Notes: generated by a model not told the origin, from the letters alone. A DNA stretch of 64,000 nt from Chitinophagales bacterium (GCA_046329555.1 JAXLUK010000005.1:91186-155185); one strand, 5' to 3'; positions 1 through 10,621 are shown, numbered from the stretch's first letter. Made by a program: numbers and translations.

Positions 1-777
1 ATGCTGATGGTATATCATTCGTACGATGCCTTTGTTCGGGGGCGTTTGAATCCGTTTAACATCATCATGATTGCCATTTCGGCCTATGTGGTTTCGATGA
101 TTCGATCCTTCTTCATCGTTATCATGGTTCCCTGTATGTTTTTGTGGTATTTTGTGAGTTACCGCGACAAAATCAGGAACCGCACTTTGCGAAGAATCGC
201 GCTTCCGCTGGTAATTGTGGTATCGGTAGTAGCCATTTTCTTCGGTTTCTCCACCTTTGTAAGCAATTCGCAGGAGTTTAATCAGGATGCGTTGAAGGAG
301 CGGACCAAGAGTATTCAGGACTGGCACGGCTCGCTGGGCGGTTCGGCGTACACCCTGGGAGATGACCTGGATTATTCGATGGGGGGTATTTTGCAAAAGT
401 TCCCTTTAGCGGTGAATGTGACCCTGTTCAGGCCGTATATCTGGGAGGTGCATTCGTTTTTTCAGTTGATTACCGCCATTCAAAGTCTGTTTTTCCTCAT
501 CTATACCCTGCGTACTATTTTCAAAGCCGGGTTAGGTTATTTTTTCACGGTAATTGGCAGTGATTCATTGGTGATTTTCTGCCTTACCTTTAGTGTTTTC
601 TATGCCTTCGTAAGCGGTTTTACCAGCTATAATTTCGGGGCTTTAGACCGATACAAAATTCCGTGTTTGGGGTTCTACATGGTGGCCATGGTGGTGATCA
701 ACATGAAGGCGCGTGTGTGGAAGTCGCGCGGGCGGGCCAAGGAAGTAAGTTTTTCCGCTGTAAATTCACGGAAATAG
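1..777 (+). CDS. Polytopic membrane protein, 5' end probably cut by the window edge; Wzy/O-antigen-polymerase-like hypothetical
   Basis: Several hydrophobic segments around a periplasmic loop; the P(W/Y)xW...F.ALDRYK pattern resembles Bacteroidota polysaccharide-locus membrane proteins. The ORF starts at base 1, so the true start is uncertain. Confidence 0.45.
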   Translation: MLMVYHSYDAFVRGRLNPFNIIMIAISAYVVSMIRSFFIVIMVPCMFLWYFVSYRDKIRNRTLRRIALPLVIVVSVVAIFFGFSTFVSNSQEFNQDALKERTKSIQDWHGSLGGSAYTLGDDLDYSMGGILQKFPLAVNVTLFRPYIWEVHSFFQLITAIQSLFFLIYTLRTIFKAGLGYFFTVIGSDSLVIFCLTFSVFYAFVSGFTSYNFGALDRYKIPCLGFYMVAMVVINMKARVWKSRGRAKEVSFSAVNSRK

Positions 778-814
778 GTAGGTTTGGGCGAAATTCAAAG
801 CGGAAGTTAGCAGC

Positions 815-1840
815 ATGGCCTTATTTAATTTTTTCATGGAGGAAATTGCCATCGATTTGGGCACGGCAAATACCCTCATTATTCATAACGATAAAGTAGT
901 AGTAGACGAGCCGTCTATTGTGGCCATTGACCGGCGCACCGACAAGGTAATTGCCGTAGGGCACCGCGCCATGCAGATGCATGAAAAGACCCACGAAAAC
1001 ATCAAAACCATCCGGCCGTTGAAAGACGGTGTGATTGCCGATTTTTATGCGGCTGAGAATATGATCAGGGAGATGATTAAGATGATTTTTCAGAAGAAGA
1101 AGTTTCTTTTTCCTCCCCGTTTTAAAATGGTGATTTGTATTCCTTCCGGTATTACGGAAGTGGAAAAGCGCGCGGTGAAAGACAGTGCTGAGCAAGCCGG
1201 CGGCCAGGAGGTGAAGATGGTGTATGAGCCCATGGCGGCGGCCATTGGTATTGGCATTGATGTAGAAGAGCCGAATGGCAATATGATTATCGACATTGGC
1301 GGCGGCACAACTGAAATTGCGGTGATTGCGCTGAGTGGTATTGTGTGCGATCAGAGTATTCGCGTGGCCGGTGATGAATTTACGCTGGATATTGTTGATT
1401 ATATGCGGCGTCAGCACAATATGCTGATTGGCGAACGCACGGCAGAGAACATCAAGATTAATGTGGGATCGGCCATGACGGATATTGATTCTCCTCCGGA
1501 TGATTATGCCGTTAACGGAAGGGATTTGATGACCGGTATTCCGAAGCAAATCATTGTGTCGTATTCAGAAATTGCGCATGCGCTGGATAAGTCGATTGCC
1601 AAGATTGAAGAAGCGATTTTGAAGGCGTTGGAAACTACGCCTCCTGAGCTGGCGGCTGATATTTTTAAGACCGGTTTATATCTCACCGGCGGCGGCGCCT
1701 TGCTGCGCGGGCTGGATAAGCGCATCAGTCAGAAAACCAAGCTGCCGGTGCATGTAGCGGAAGATCCATTGCGCGCAGTGGTGCGTGGTACCGGTATCGC
1801 CTTGAAGAATATAGACCGGTTTACGTTCCTGATGGACTAG
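815..1840 (+). CDS. mreB: Rod shape-determining actin-like ATPase MreB
   Basis: IAIDLGTANTL, IDIGGGTTE and LTGGGALLRGLD actin-fold motifs; followed by mreC and mreD. Confidence 0.98.
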   Translation: MALFNFFMEEIAIDLGTANTLIIHNDKVVVDEPSIVAIDRRTDKVIAVGHRAMQMHEKTHENIKTIRPLKDGVIADFYAAENMIREMIKMIFQKKKFLFPPRFKMVICIPSGITEVEKRAVKDSAEQAGGQEVKMVYEPMAAAIGIGIDVEEPNGNMIIDIGGGTTEIAVIALSGIVCDQSIRVAGDEFTLDIVDYMRRQHNMLIGERTAENIKINVGSAMTDIDSPPDDYAVNGRDLMTGIPKQIIVSYSEIAHALDKSIAKIEEAILKALETTPPELAADIFKTGLYLTGGGALLRGLDKRISQKTKLPVHVAEDPLRAVVRGTGIALKNIDRFTFLMD

Positions 1841-1890
1841 TGCAATTTTTAATTTCAGATATTTTATTTGAAATTGAGTAAGCCTCGATC

Positions 1891-2733
1891 ATGTATAATC
1901 TATTACGCTTCCTCGTCAGGTACTACCTGTTTTTCTTTTTCCTGTTGTTGGAAGGCGTATGTTTCTTTCTGATTTACGAAAACAACCGGTATCACCAGGC
2001 GGCGTATGTGAATGTGGCCAATGAGGCCAGCGGCCGCGTGTATCAGTCGTATGCCCGCGCCAGCGAGTATTTGTCGCTGGGTGCAGTAAACGATTCGCTG
2101 GTGGCGGAAAATGCCCGGCTACATGCACAATTGCTGCAATCGAAATATGAAAATGTGAAGATGGTGGGAGCGATAACCGATTCTCCCGAAATGAAATTCG
2201 AACAATTGTACACATACATTCCCGGCAAGGTGATTCGCAACACGGTGAATCAGGCATCTAATTACGTGTATATCGACAAAGGCTCGCTTCAGGGGATTCA
2301 GCCGCAAATGGGGGTGATTAATCTGAATGGTGTAGTAGGACAGGTGGTGAATGTAACGCCGCATTATTCCGCCATCATGTCGTTGTTGAACAAGAATTTT
2401 CGGGTGGGTGCCAAGTTGAAGAAATCGAAATATTTTGGGCCATTATATTGGGAAGGAAAATCGGCCACTGATGCGCGGCTGGAAGAAATTCCGAAGCACG
2501 TAAAGATAGCGGTTGGCGATACGGTGGTGACCAGTGGTTATTCAGAATTATTTCCGGAAGGCATTATGATTGGCCGGGTGAAACGGTTTAAGGCAGAGGC
2601 CGACAAGAATTTTCTGGACATCGAGGTGACGCTTTCCGCCAACATGAACAATCTGGATTACGTTTATGTTGTTAATCATTTACTGAAAAAAGAATTGGAA
2701 GTACTGGACACTTCCGTAGTGAAGAAAAAATGA
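1891..2733 (+). CDS. mreC: Rod shape-determining protein MreC
   Basis: N-terminal TM helix, coiled coil (ENARLHAQL), IDKGSLQGI and VVTSGYSELFPEGIMIG motifs. Confidence 0.96.
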   Translation: MYNLLRFLVRYYLFFFFLLLEGVCFFLIYENNRYHQAAYVNVANEASGRVYQSYARASEYLSLGAVNDSLVAENARLHAQLLQSKYENVKMVGAITDSPEMKFEQLYTYIPGKVIRNTVNQASNYVYIDKGSLQGIQPQMGVINLNGVVGQVVNVTPHYSAIMSLLNKNFRVGAKLKKSKYFGPLYWEGKSATDARLEEIPKHVKIAVGDTVVTSGYSELFPEGIMIGRVKRFKAEADKNFLDIEVTLSANMNNLDYVYVVNHLLKKELEVLDTSVVKKK

Positions 2734-3251
2734 TTGCTACCATTCCCATCAATCTGTTGAGGCTGGTATTGTTACTGGCCGTTCAGGTATTGGTTTTTTC
2801 CAATATTCACCTGTCGCCCATGACCGCGATTTATATCTATCCGCTCTTTATTTTTTTGCTGCCCTTTGAAACGCCGCGCTGGTTACTGTTGATGTTAGGT
2901 TTTGGTTTTGGTTTACTCCTGGATGTGTTTTTAGGAACCATGGGGATGCATGCTGCAGCCAATACGTTGCTGGCTTACTTGCGGCCCTATCTCATTAAAA
3001 TTATCACGCCCACCAGTACAGAATTTGAAATTTCTCCCAGCATTTATCTTCAAGGTGCCGGATGGTTTTTGATTTATTGCGGCATTGGCACGCTGGTTCA
3101 TTTGTTGTTTTATTTTTTGCTGGAAAGCGGAACCTTTTATAACCTGTTTTACTTGTTACTGCGCACCGTGCTGAGCACGGCGCTATCGGTTATGTTCATG
3201 ATGATTTTCATGTATCTTTTTGCCTCCAGCAAGAAACGCCGAATGACCTGA
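2730..3251 (+). CDS. mreD: Rod shape-determining protein MreD
   Basis: Hydrophobic 173 aa; YIYPLFIFLLPF and GLLLDVF...GMHAAA motifs; overlaps the mreC stop by 4 bp. Confidence 0.92.
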   Translation: MIATIPINLLRLVLLLAVQVLVFSNIHLSPMTAIYIYPLFIFLLPFETPRWLLLMLGFGFGLLLDVFLGTMGMHAAANTLLAYLRPYLIKIITPTSTEFEISPSIYLQGAGWFLIYCGIGTLVHLLFYFLLESGTFYNLFYLLLRTVLSTALSVMFMMIFMYLFASSKKRRMT

Positions 3252-4258
3252 TGCCGAATCAGTCGCCATACACCATCGTTGCCATGTACCGGCAAAGTTT
3301 CGAAACGGTAGCCAGCTATGGTTTCGATAAAAGAAAGTTATATGAAGAAGCGGGCATTGATTTGGACGCCTTGCCGGCAGAGCAACATCTTGACCCCAGG
3401 ACGTGGAGTGATAAGATGTGGCGCGTGCTCACGCAATATATCAGCGAAGATGAAATTGCTTTCAAAATCATGGACCGCTTCAACATGGGGGTTTTTGGTG
3501 TTGCTGGATATGTGATTCTGAATTCACCCAACTTCATTACGGCATTTGCCAATTTTGTGCGCTACACCCATCTGCATACCAATTCTTACAACCTGCGGTT
3601 GGAACAAAATGAACAGCACATCACACTGTTGTTTGAACGCACCTTGCCGCTGATGTATGCCGACCGTTTCAATCTGGAAATGTATGTATTGGGATTCACC
3701 TTGAATATTTTGAAAGTGATGCCGGGGAAACAGTTTCCTCTGGAAGTACATTACGAAACCCCGCCGCCCGCTAACTTTGCGGCATACGATGCGCTATTTG
3801 GCAAGAACACTAAGTTTTTCTTCAACGCACCGGCTAACAAAATGATTTATGATGCCGCGCTTACGCATGTGCCCGTGCTGAACGCTAATGAGCAACTGTA
3901 TCTGTTGTTTGATAAGATGGCTACCGATAGTTTGCAACAGAAAACCGGAGAATCGGCCATAGTGCGCGCGGTGAAATTAGAAATCAGTAAACGCATCAAG
4001 GGCGCGCTTCCCGCTATTGAAGACGTGGCACAGGCGCTGCTGCTCAGCGTGCGTTCGCTACAATTGAAGTTGAAGGCAGAACATTCGGGTTACCGCGAGT
4101 TGTTGGACGAAGTGCGCTGTGATATCGCTATTTCACACCTGCGCAACCGCACGCTGAACATCAGTGAAATTGCCTACTTGTTAGGCTTCAGCGAAGTCAG
4201 CTCGTTCTCTGCTGCATTCAGAAAATGGACAGGCAAGGCGCCATCTCAATTCGTTTGA
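3251..4258 (+). CDS. AraC-family transcriptional regulator (OruR/Arabinose_bd_2 type)
   Basis: C-terminal double HTH (VAQALLLSVRSLQLKL; ISEIAYLLGFSEVSSFSAAFRKWTG). Confidence 0.93.
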   Translation: MPNQSPYTIVAMYRQSFETVASYGFDKRKLYEEAGIDLDALPAEQHLDPRTWSDKMWRVLTQYISEDEIAFKIMDRFNMGVFGVAGYVILNSPNFITAFANFVRYTHLHTNSYNLRLEQNEQHITLLFERTLPLMYADRFNLEMYVLGFTLNILKVMPGKQFPLEVHYETPPPANFAAYDALFGKNTKFFFNAPANKMIYDAALTHVPVLNANEQLYLLFDKMATDSLQQKTGESAIVRAVKLEISKRIKGALPAIEDVAQALLLSVRSLQLKLKAEHSGYRELLDEVRCDIAISHLRNRTLNISEIAYLLGFSEVSSFSAAFRKWTGKAPSQFV

Positions 4259-4344
4259 CTTTGCGCAATTACGCAACTCTTTTTCGTTTCTGAAAAAGCA
4301 CCCCGTCTTCATTAGGCGCACTTTTGTACCATCAAACAAAAGCT

Positions 4345-6714
4345 ATGCGACCACTACTACTTACGTTATTATTCGGGGCAACCAGTTTGTTTTTACGTGC
4401 CCAAACGGGCCTGATGCAAACGGTTCGGGGTACGGTTACCGACAAGGTAAGCGAACAGCCGTTAATTGGTGCCAATGTGATTCTTCAAGGCAGCAATCCC
4501 ATCCTCGGCGCTACGACCAATGAAAAAGGTGTTTTTGAGTTACAGGCGCCGCTAGGTCGCCATTCCTTTTTGATTCAATATATCGGCTACAAGCCCGCTA
4601 CCATTCCCGAAGTACTGATTACGGCTGGAAAGCAAGTTCAACTGGATGTAACTATGGAAGAAAATGTAACGGAGATGAAGGATGTGGTGGTGCGCGCCAC
4701 CGCGCAAAAAGAGCGACCGCAAAATGAATACAGCGCGGTAAGTGCAAGAACTTTCAGTATGGAAGAAGTAACGCGTTACAGCGGCGGAAGGAATGATGTA
4801 GGCCGCCTGGTGACCAATTTCGCCGGTGTTTCTACGTCGAACGATTCGCGCAATGATATTGTGGTGCGCGGCAATTCGCCCAGTGGTGTGTTGTGGCGGC
4901 TGGAAGGGGTACCTATTCCTAACCCGAATCACTTTGCCACGCTGGGCACCTCAGGTGGCCCGGTGAGTGCGGTGAACACCAATTTGCTACGCAACAGTGA
5001 TTTTATGACCGGCGCCTTTGCCGCCGAATACGGCAACGCCAACTCCAGTGTTTTTGATTTAGGATTCAGAAGTGGTAACACGCAAAAGCATGAATTCATG
5101 TTTCAACTGGCGGCGTTCAGTGGATTTGAGCTGATGGCGGAAGGGCCGGTTAACAAGGCGAAAACGGGGAGTTATGTAGTAGCCGCACGATATTCTTTCG
5201 CGGGTATTGGTGCTGCGCTGCACATTCCTATCGGTACGGCTGCGGCGCCGCATTACACGGATTTAAGTTTTAAAATTGATTTACCGCAAACCCGGAAATC
5301 AGGCAAGTTTTCACTTTTCGGTATCGGTGCTTATTCCTTCATTGATTTTATTGGGAAGAAGTTAACGTCAGAAGATCTGTTTGCCGATCCGTATAGCGAC
5401 CGATATCCGCGCAGCGCCTTTGGTGTGCTGGGGGTTCGGCACAACATCTCGTTAGGAGAAAAAGCCTATGTAAAAACTACGCTGAGCGCCTCTTTTGAAC
5501 ATGCGCGTTTTGATCAGTACGATTATCCCGATAGTGTAACCCGTTTGCAGACCATCAAAAACCGCGACTACACCGCAGCGCTTCGTTTGAATTCATTTTA
5601 CAACAGAAAATTCAATGCGCAATTGTCGATGCGCGCAGGAGCAACTATTGAAGCGTTCTATCTGCGAAATTTTCTGCAATCGCGCACCGAGACACCGGTA
5701 TGGATAGATGTGCGTAATCACAGCGGCTTGCTGGGGTTGATACAGCCATATGCGCAATTGCAATATAAAATCACGGAAAAGTTTACGTTGAATGCCGGTT
5801 TACACGGCACCTGGTTAACGCTGAATAACTCATGGAGTTTAGAGCCGCGCGCTTCAGTGGCCTGGCGCTTTTTGCCCGGGCAATCACTCACGCTGGCTTA
5901 CGGCTGGCATTCACAAAACCAACCCTTACCAGTATATTTTTATCAGGCTCGCCAAAGCGATGGCTCCTACAACACCAGCAACCGCGATTTAGGATTCACC
6001 CGAGCCCATCATCTGGTGCTTGCGTATGATGTGAAATTCAAGAACGACTGGCGCATTAAAGTGGAACCGTATATTCAGTTTATTACGAATGCGCCGGTTG
6101 AGCGCACGGCTTCATCGTTCAGCATGCTGAACGCCGGGGCAGATTTTGTGTATCCCGATCGCGGCTTTCTGGTAAACAAGGGCGTTGGAAGAAACATGGG
6201 TGTTGAACTGACCCTGGAGAAGTTTTTCAGCAAAGGTTATTATGGTTTGCTTACCGTAAGTGTTTTCGACAGTAAGTACAAGGGCAGCGATAATGTTTGG
6301 CGCAACACTACGTTCAACAACCGGTACGTAGTGAATTTTCTGGCAGGAAAGGAATTCCGCGTTGGTAAAGATAAGCGCCATGCCATTACAACCGATTTGA
6401 AGTTTACTACCAGTGGCGGGCGTTGGTATACGCCAGTAGATTTGGCGGCCAGCACTGTAGCGGGAAAGGAAGTTTTGGATGAGGCGCAGGCGTTCAGTAA
6501 GCAGTACAAATACTACTTACGACTGGATTTGAAACTGGGGTTCCGTTTAAACAGCAAGAAGAAAAAAATCAGTAATGCATTCTTTGTTGACTTACAGAAT
6601 CTCACTTTTCAGAAGAACATTTTTGAAAGTCGCTACAATCCGCGCACGCAGCGCATTGACAATGTGTATCAGATTGGCTTTTTCCCGGACCTGATGTATC
6701 GAATTACTTTCTAA
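4345..6714 (+). CDS. TonB-dependent outer-membrane receptor with N-terminal carboxypeptidase-regulatory-like domain
   Basis: Signal peptide; VRGTVTDK..EQPLIGANV domain; plug motif NDIVVRGNSP...WRLEGVPIPNPNHF; C-terminal aromatic YRITF. ATG at 4345 preferred over TTG at 4324. Confidence 0.92.
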   Translation: MRPLLLTLLFGATSLFLRAQTGLMQTVRGTVTDKVSEQPLIGANVILQGSNPILGATTNEKGVFELQAPLGRHSFLIQYIGYKPATIPEVLITAGKQVQLDVTMEENVTEMKDVVVRATAQKERPQNEYSAVSARTFSMEEVTRYSGGRNDVGRLVTNFAGVSTSNDSRNDIVVRGNSPSGVLWRLEGVPIPNPNHFATLGTSGGPVSAVNTNLLRNSDFMTGAFAAEYGNANSSVFDLGFRSGNTQKHEFMFQLAAFSGFELMAEGPVNKAKTGSYVVAARYSFAGIGAALHIPIGTAAAPHYTDLSFKIDLPQTRKSGKFSLFGIGAYSFIDFIGKKLTSEDLFADPYSDRYPRSAFGVLGVRHNISLGEKAYVKTTLSASFEHARFDQYDYPDSVTRLQTIKNRDYTAALRLNSFYNRKFNAQLSMRAGATIEAFYLRNFLQSRTETPVWIDVRNHSGLLGLIQPYAQLQYKITEKFTLNAGLHGTWLTLNNSWSLEPRASVAWRFLPGQSLTLAYGWHSQNQPLPVYFYQARQSDGSYNTSNRDLGFTRAHHLVLAYDVKFKNDWRIKVEPYIQFITNAPVERTASSFSMLNAGADFVYPDRGFLVNKGVGRNMGVELTLEKFFSKGYYGLLTVSVFDSKYKGSDNVWRNTTFNNRYVVNFLAGKEFRVGKDKRHAITTDLKFTTSGGRWYTPVDLAASTVAGKEVLDEAQAFSKQYKYYLRLDLKLGFRLNSKKKKISNAFFVDLQNLTFQKNIFESRYNPRTQRIDNVYQIGFFPDLMYRITF

Positions 6715-6724
6715 AATCATAATC

Positions 6725-7147
6725 ATGGATAACAACACAAAAAGGATGTGCGGCCTGGTGCTGCTTTCAATGCCCACTATTGAGTTTGGCGGTTATTTTT
6801 TGTTGCGGGTTTTAAGCGGCGGGCATCAGGAGTTGGCGCTAACGCCATTTCAACAAAGTATGTTTCGCGCCGGCCATGCGCATGCCGGTGTGCTGGTGAT
6901 TCTTGCGCTGGTCGCTATTCTGCTGGCGCCGCACAGTGGTTTAAGTCAGCGGCTGAAAGGGTTGGTGCAGTGGGCATTTCCCGTTGCGGCCATCTTGATT
7001 AGCGGAGGTTTTTTTGCTGCCGCATCCGGAAAAGGAATAACAGCGCCCACTGGTGGTATCGTTATTCTTTACGCAGGCATTGTTGTGTTAGCAACGGGCA
7101 TGGTGTTACTTGGCGTTGGTTTGTTGCGGAATAAAGAATCGGTTTAA
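6725..7147 (+). CDS. Conserved 4-TM membrane protein
   Basis: Four hydrophobic helices with an FRAGHAHAGVL His motif. Confidence 0.7.
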   Translation: MDNNTKRMCGLVLLSMPTIEFGGYFLLRVLSGGHQELALTPFQQSMFRAGHAHAGVLVILALVAILLAPHSGLSQRLKGLVQWAFPVAAILISGGFFAAASGKGITAPTGGIVILYAGIVVLATGMVLLGVGLLRNKESV

Positions 7148-7193
7148 TACAATTTCCGCCATAACAAATCGTCAGAATAGTAAAATTAAACCC

Positions 7194-8120
7194 ATGCAAA
7201 CTATTCTCGGCAGCGGCGGTGCTATTGGAACAGAATTGGCGAAGGCGCTTACTGCTTACACAACCGATATCAGATTGGTGAGTCGCCAACCTAAAAAAGT
7301 TAATCCCGGAGATGCCTTGTTGCCGGCCGATCTTACCAAGCCTGAAAACGTAGCGACGGCCATTGCAGGGAGTGAAGTGGTATATGTTACAGTTGGCTTT
7401 GCATACAGCACCCCGGTTTGGCAGCAATACTGGCTACCGCTGGTACAGGCGGTTACGGCCGCTTGTGAACAACAAGGTGCCAAACTGGTTTTTTTCGACA
7501 ACGTTTATGCAATTGGAAAAGGTAACACGCATCATATCACTGAGGCGTCGCCCATAAGTCCTACCAGTAAAAAAGGCACCATACGCGCAGCAGTTGACCA
7601 ACACATTTTGCAGCGTATAGAAAGTGGAAAACTGAACGCCATTATTGCGCGTGCCCCTGATTTTTTTGGTGCGAAGAAAGAAACCAGCATGCTCATGAAT
7701 CTGGCCTATGATAATTTAATTAAGGGAAAGAAGGCGCAATGGTTGTGCAATGCGAAAGTGCCGCACACCATGGGTTATGCTCCGGAAATGGGAAAGGGAA
7801 CGGCCATGTTGGGTAACACGCCAGATGCGTATAACCAAATTTGGAATTTACCTACTGATCGGGAAGCGTGGAGCGGCGAGCGTTGGGTGCATGAAATGGC
7901 AACCATCATGGGCAAAAGCGATGGCGTGCAGGTGCTTCCTGATTGGATGGCCGGCGTGATTGGCTGGTTTGTGCCTATCATGAAAGAATTGCGCGAAATG
8001 AATTATCAATTTGCAGAACCGTATTATTTTGATTCTTCAAAATTCAGCAAGCGGTTCAACTACGAGCCCATGTCGAATCGCGCCGCATTGGAAGAAACCC
8101 TTCGGATTTTAGCTGGTTAA
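7194..8120 (+). CDS. NAD-dependent epimerase/dehydratase family protein
   Basis: TILGSGGAIG Rossmann motif, FFDNVY, IARAPDFFG. Start moved to ATG 7194. Confidence 0.88.
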   Translation: MQTILGSGGAIGTELAKALTAYTTDIRLVSRQPKKVNPGDALLPADLTKPENVATAIAGSEVVYVTVGFAYSTPVWQQYWLPLVQAVTAACEQQGAKLVFFDNVYAIGKGNTHHITEASPISPTSKKGTIRAAVDQHILQRIESGKLNAIIARAPDFFGAKKETSMLMNLAYDNLIKGKKAQWLCNAKVPHTMGYAPEMGKGTAMLGNTPDAYNQIWNLPTDREAWSGERWVHEMATIMGKSDGVQVLPDWMAGVIGWFVPIMKELREMNYQFAEPYYFDSSKFSKRFNYEPMSNRAALEETLRILAG

Positions 8121-8235
8121 ACGCTATTCAAAAATTGTTCTCTTTCTTTTTGTAAGAAAACACCGTGTAAACATCCGGGGTGGGCGATGCAGTCCATTTT
8201 TATTTATTCTTGATAATCTTTTTAAAAAGCTCACT

Positions 8236-10140
8236 ATGGAAACAATTTTATATTATGGATGGATACCAGCGCTGATTGTGTGTCTGGTGCTTTACAAATT
8301 TATTCTGCGCGTTTTCTTCGGCATGGTGATTGTGCCTGAAGATAAGATTGGTTTGGTGACGAAGAAATTCGTGTTGTTCGGCGATAAAAAATCGTTGCCC
8401 GACGGGCGCATTATTGCAACCGATGGTGAGGCGGGATTTCAGGCGAAGACGCTGGCTCCGGGTTTGTATTTCGGTATGTGGATCTGGCAATACGATGTAA
8501 CGATGGAAGCCTTCACTGTTATTCCTGAAGGGAAAATTGGATTGTTATTGGCAAAAGACGGCGCAGAGATTCCCACCGGAAGCATTTTGGGTCAGTATGT
8601 AGATTGCGACAACTTTCAGGATGCTGCAAAGTTTCTGGCGAATAAAGGACAGCGCGGACGGCAGGCTGCCTATATCACAGCCGGATCATATCGTATCAAT
8701 ACGCTGTTGTTCCAGGTTTCTACCACCGATATGGTGCGTATTCAGGAAAGTATGGTGGGTATTATTACCACGTTAGACGGACAGCCCATTGAAGCCGGAC
8801 AGATTGCCGGTAAGTTGGTTGAGGGACACAATAACTTTCAGGATTTTGATGCTTTCATCAGGAATGGTGGTAACCGCGGTTTACAGCCGCAAGTTATTCT
8901 TGCAGGTTCTTACAATTTGAATCCGTGGGCAGTGCAAATTGAAGAAACGCCAATGACCGAAATTCCAATTGGTTTTATGGGTGTAGTGATTTCTTATGTT
9001 GGACAGGAAGGACATGATCTTACCGGCGCTGATTTTAAACACGGCAATATTGTTGAAAAGGGATTTAAGGGCGTTTGGCTGGAACCGCTGGGTCCGGGCA
9101 AGTATCCCATTAACAAGTACACGATGAAAGTAGAATTAGTGCCCACTACTAATTTGGTGTTGAACTGGGCATCGGCGCGCAGCGAGGCGCATAATCTGGA
9201 TAAAAACCTTTCTACCATTACCGTTCGTTCGAAGGACGGGTTCCCGTTCAATCTGGATGTAGCGCAGATTATTCACGTGCCCACTACAGAAGCACCGAAG
9301 GTAATTGCGCGATTTGGCAATATGGTGAACCTGGTGTCGCAGGTGCTGGAACCTACTATTGGTAACTATTTTAGAAACTCGGCGCAAGACAGCGACGTGA
9401 TTGCGTTCTTATCTACCCGTAAAGAGCGTCAGGATTCCGCCAAGGCGCATATTAAGAAGGTGCTGGATGAATACAATGTGAATGCCGTGGATACGCTGAT
9501 AGGCGATATCGTTCCACCGGAATCATTGATGAAAACCCTTACGGACAGGAAGATTGCCGAAGAGCAAAAAGTGACTTACGAAACTCAGAAGAAAGCGCAG
9601 GAAACCCGTCAGGGCATGGAAAAGGAAACCGCTATTGCTGATATGCAGAAAGACATTGTGAAGGCACAGCAAAGCGTGGAGATTGCCGAGCGCACGGCTA
9701 ATGCCACGGTGAAGAAAGCCGAAGGTGATGCCGCCGGAGTGAAGTTGGCTGTTGGCGCCGAAGCGGAAGCTACCAAGCTGCGCGCTTATGCCGAGGCAGA
9801 GTCCACCAAGGCGCGTGCGCAAGCCGATTCAGAGGCTATCAAGCTAAAGGCTTCAGCAGAAGCAGAACAGATTTCCTTAACGGGTACGGCAGAAGCCGGA
9901 AAAATTCTGGCCATAGGTAAATCAACGGCTGAGGCCTATGAGTTGGCGGTTAAAGCAATTGGCGGCGAAAACTTCACGAAGTATAAAATTACTGAGGAGC
10001 TGGCTAAGGGCAATGTGAAATTAATTCCGGATGTATTCATTAATGGCGGCGGCAGTGGTAATGCTATGGACGGACTTTTAGGTTTGAAGCTGATGGAGAT
10101 GATGGGCCCGAAGAAGGAAAGCGCTGAGGGCGAAAAATAG
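8236..10140 (+). CDS. SPFH/flotillin-family membrane protein (YqiK-like)
   Basis: N-terminal TM, repeated GxRGxQ...PG.Y segments, band-7 domain (RSKDGFPFNLDV) and an Ala/Glu-rich flotillin coiled coil. Confidence 0.9.
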   Translation: METILYYGWIPALIVCLVLYKFILRVFFGMVIVPEDKIGLVTKKFVLFGDKKSLPDGRIIATDGEAGFQAKTLAPGLYFGMWIWQYDVTMEAFTVIPEGKIGLLLAKDGAEIPTGSILGQYVDCDNFQDAAKFLANKGQRGRQAAYITAGSYRINTLLFQVSTTDMVRIQESMVGIITTLDGQPIEAGQIAGKLVEGHNNFQDFDAFIRNGGNRGLQPQVILAGSYNLNPWAVQIEETPMTEIPIGFMGVVISYVGQEGHDLTGADFKHGNIVEKGFKGVWLEPLGPGKYPINKYTMKVELVPTTNLVLNWASARSEAHNLDKNLSTITVRSKDGFPFNLDVAQIIHVPTTEAPKVIARFGNMVNLVSQVLEPTIGNYFRNSAQDSDVIAFLSTRKERQDSAKAHIKKVLDEYNVNAVDTLIGDIVPPESLMKTLTDRKIAEEQKVTYETQKKAQETRQGMEKETAIADMQKDIVKAQQSVEIAERTANATVKKAEGDAAGVKLAVGAEAEATKLRAYAEAESTKARAQADSEAIKLKASAEAEQISLTGTAEAGKILAIGKSTAEAYELAVKAIGGENFTKYKITEELAKGNVKLIPDVFINGGGSGNAMDGLLGLKLMEMMGPKKESAEGEK

Positions 10141-10174
10141 TGAGCCTATGTGTTATTAAAATTGGTTCAGAACC

Positions 10175-10597
10175 ATGAGTATACCATTTCAGATTCATGA
10201 TTTCATTTCTGGATTGCCGGAAGCCAAACAGGCGGATGTTTTATTTTTGCATACGCGTATACAGGAGTTAATGCCAGGATGTAAATTATGGTTTCTGGAT
10301 GGAATTAAAAATGGAAAGGTGATAGCCAATCCAAATATTGGATATGGCCATCACACCATTAAATATGCCAACGGATCAACCAGAGAATTCTATCGAATCG
10401 GAATCAGTCCAAATAAAACAGGTGTTTCTATTTATATTATGGGATTGCCAAACAACAAAATTTTGGAAGAAAAATTTAGTTCTCGCATTGGCAAGGCTAC
10501 CGTTAGTGGGTATTGTGTAAAATTAAAAACGCTGGAAAATGTCGATTCCGCAGTTCTCCATGAGATCATTCAGTTCGGCGCCAACCTGGGGTATTAA
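10175..10597 (+). CDS. DUF1801-domain protein
   Basis: NPNIGYG, FYRIGISPNKTGVSIY and GKATVSGYCVK patterns typical of DUF1801. Confidence 0.75.
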   Translation: MSIPFQIHDFISGLPEAKQADVLFLHTRIQELMPGCKLWFLDGIKNGKVIANPNIGYGHHTIKYANGSTREFYRIGISPNKTGVSIYIMGLPNNKILEEKFSSRIGKATVSGYCVKLKTLENVDSAVLHEIIQFGANLGY

Positions 10598-10621
10598 CTT
10601 TTATAGAAGATAAATGCCGCA

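Noticed and set aside
821-1549. Long antisense or alternate-frame ORFs (e.g. 821-1549, 18285-18737, 23076-23498, 55263-55763, 61219-61692)
   Set aside because: They are shadows of well-supported genes on the other strand or frame, with no motifs of their own.
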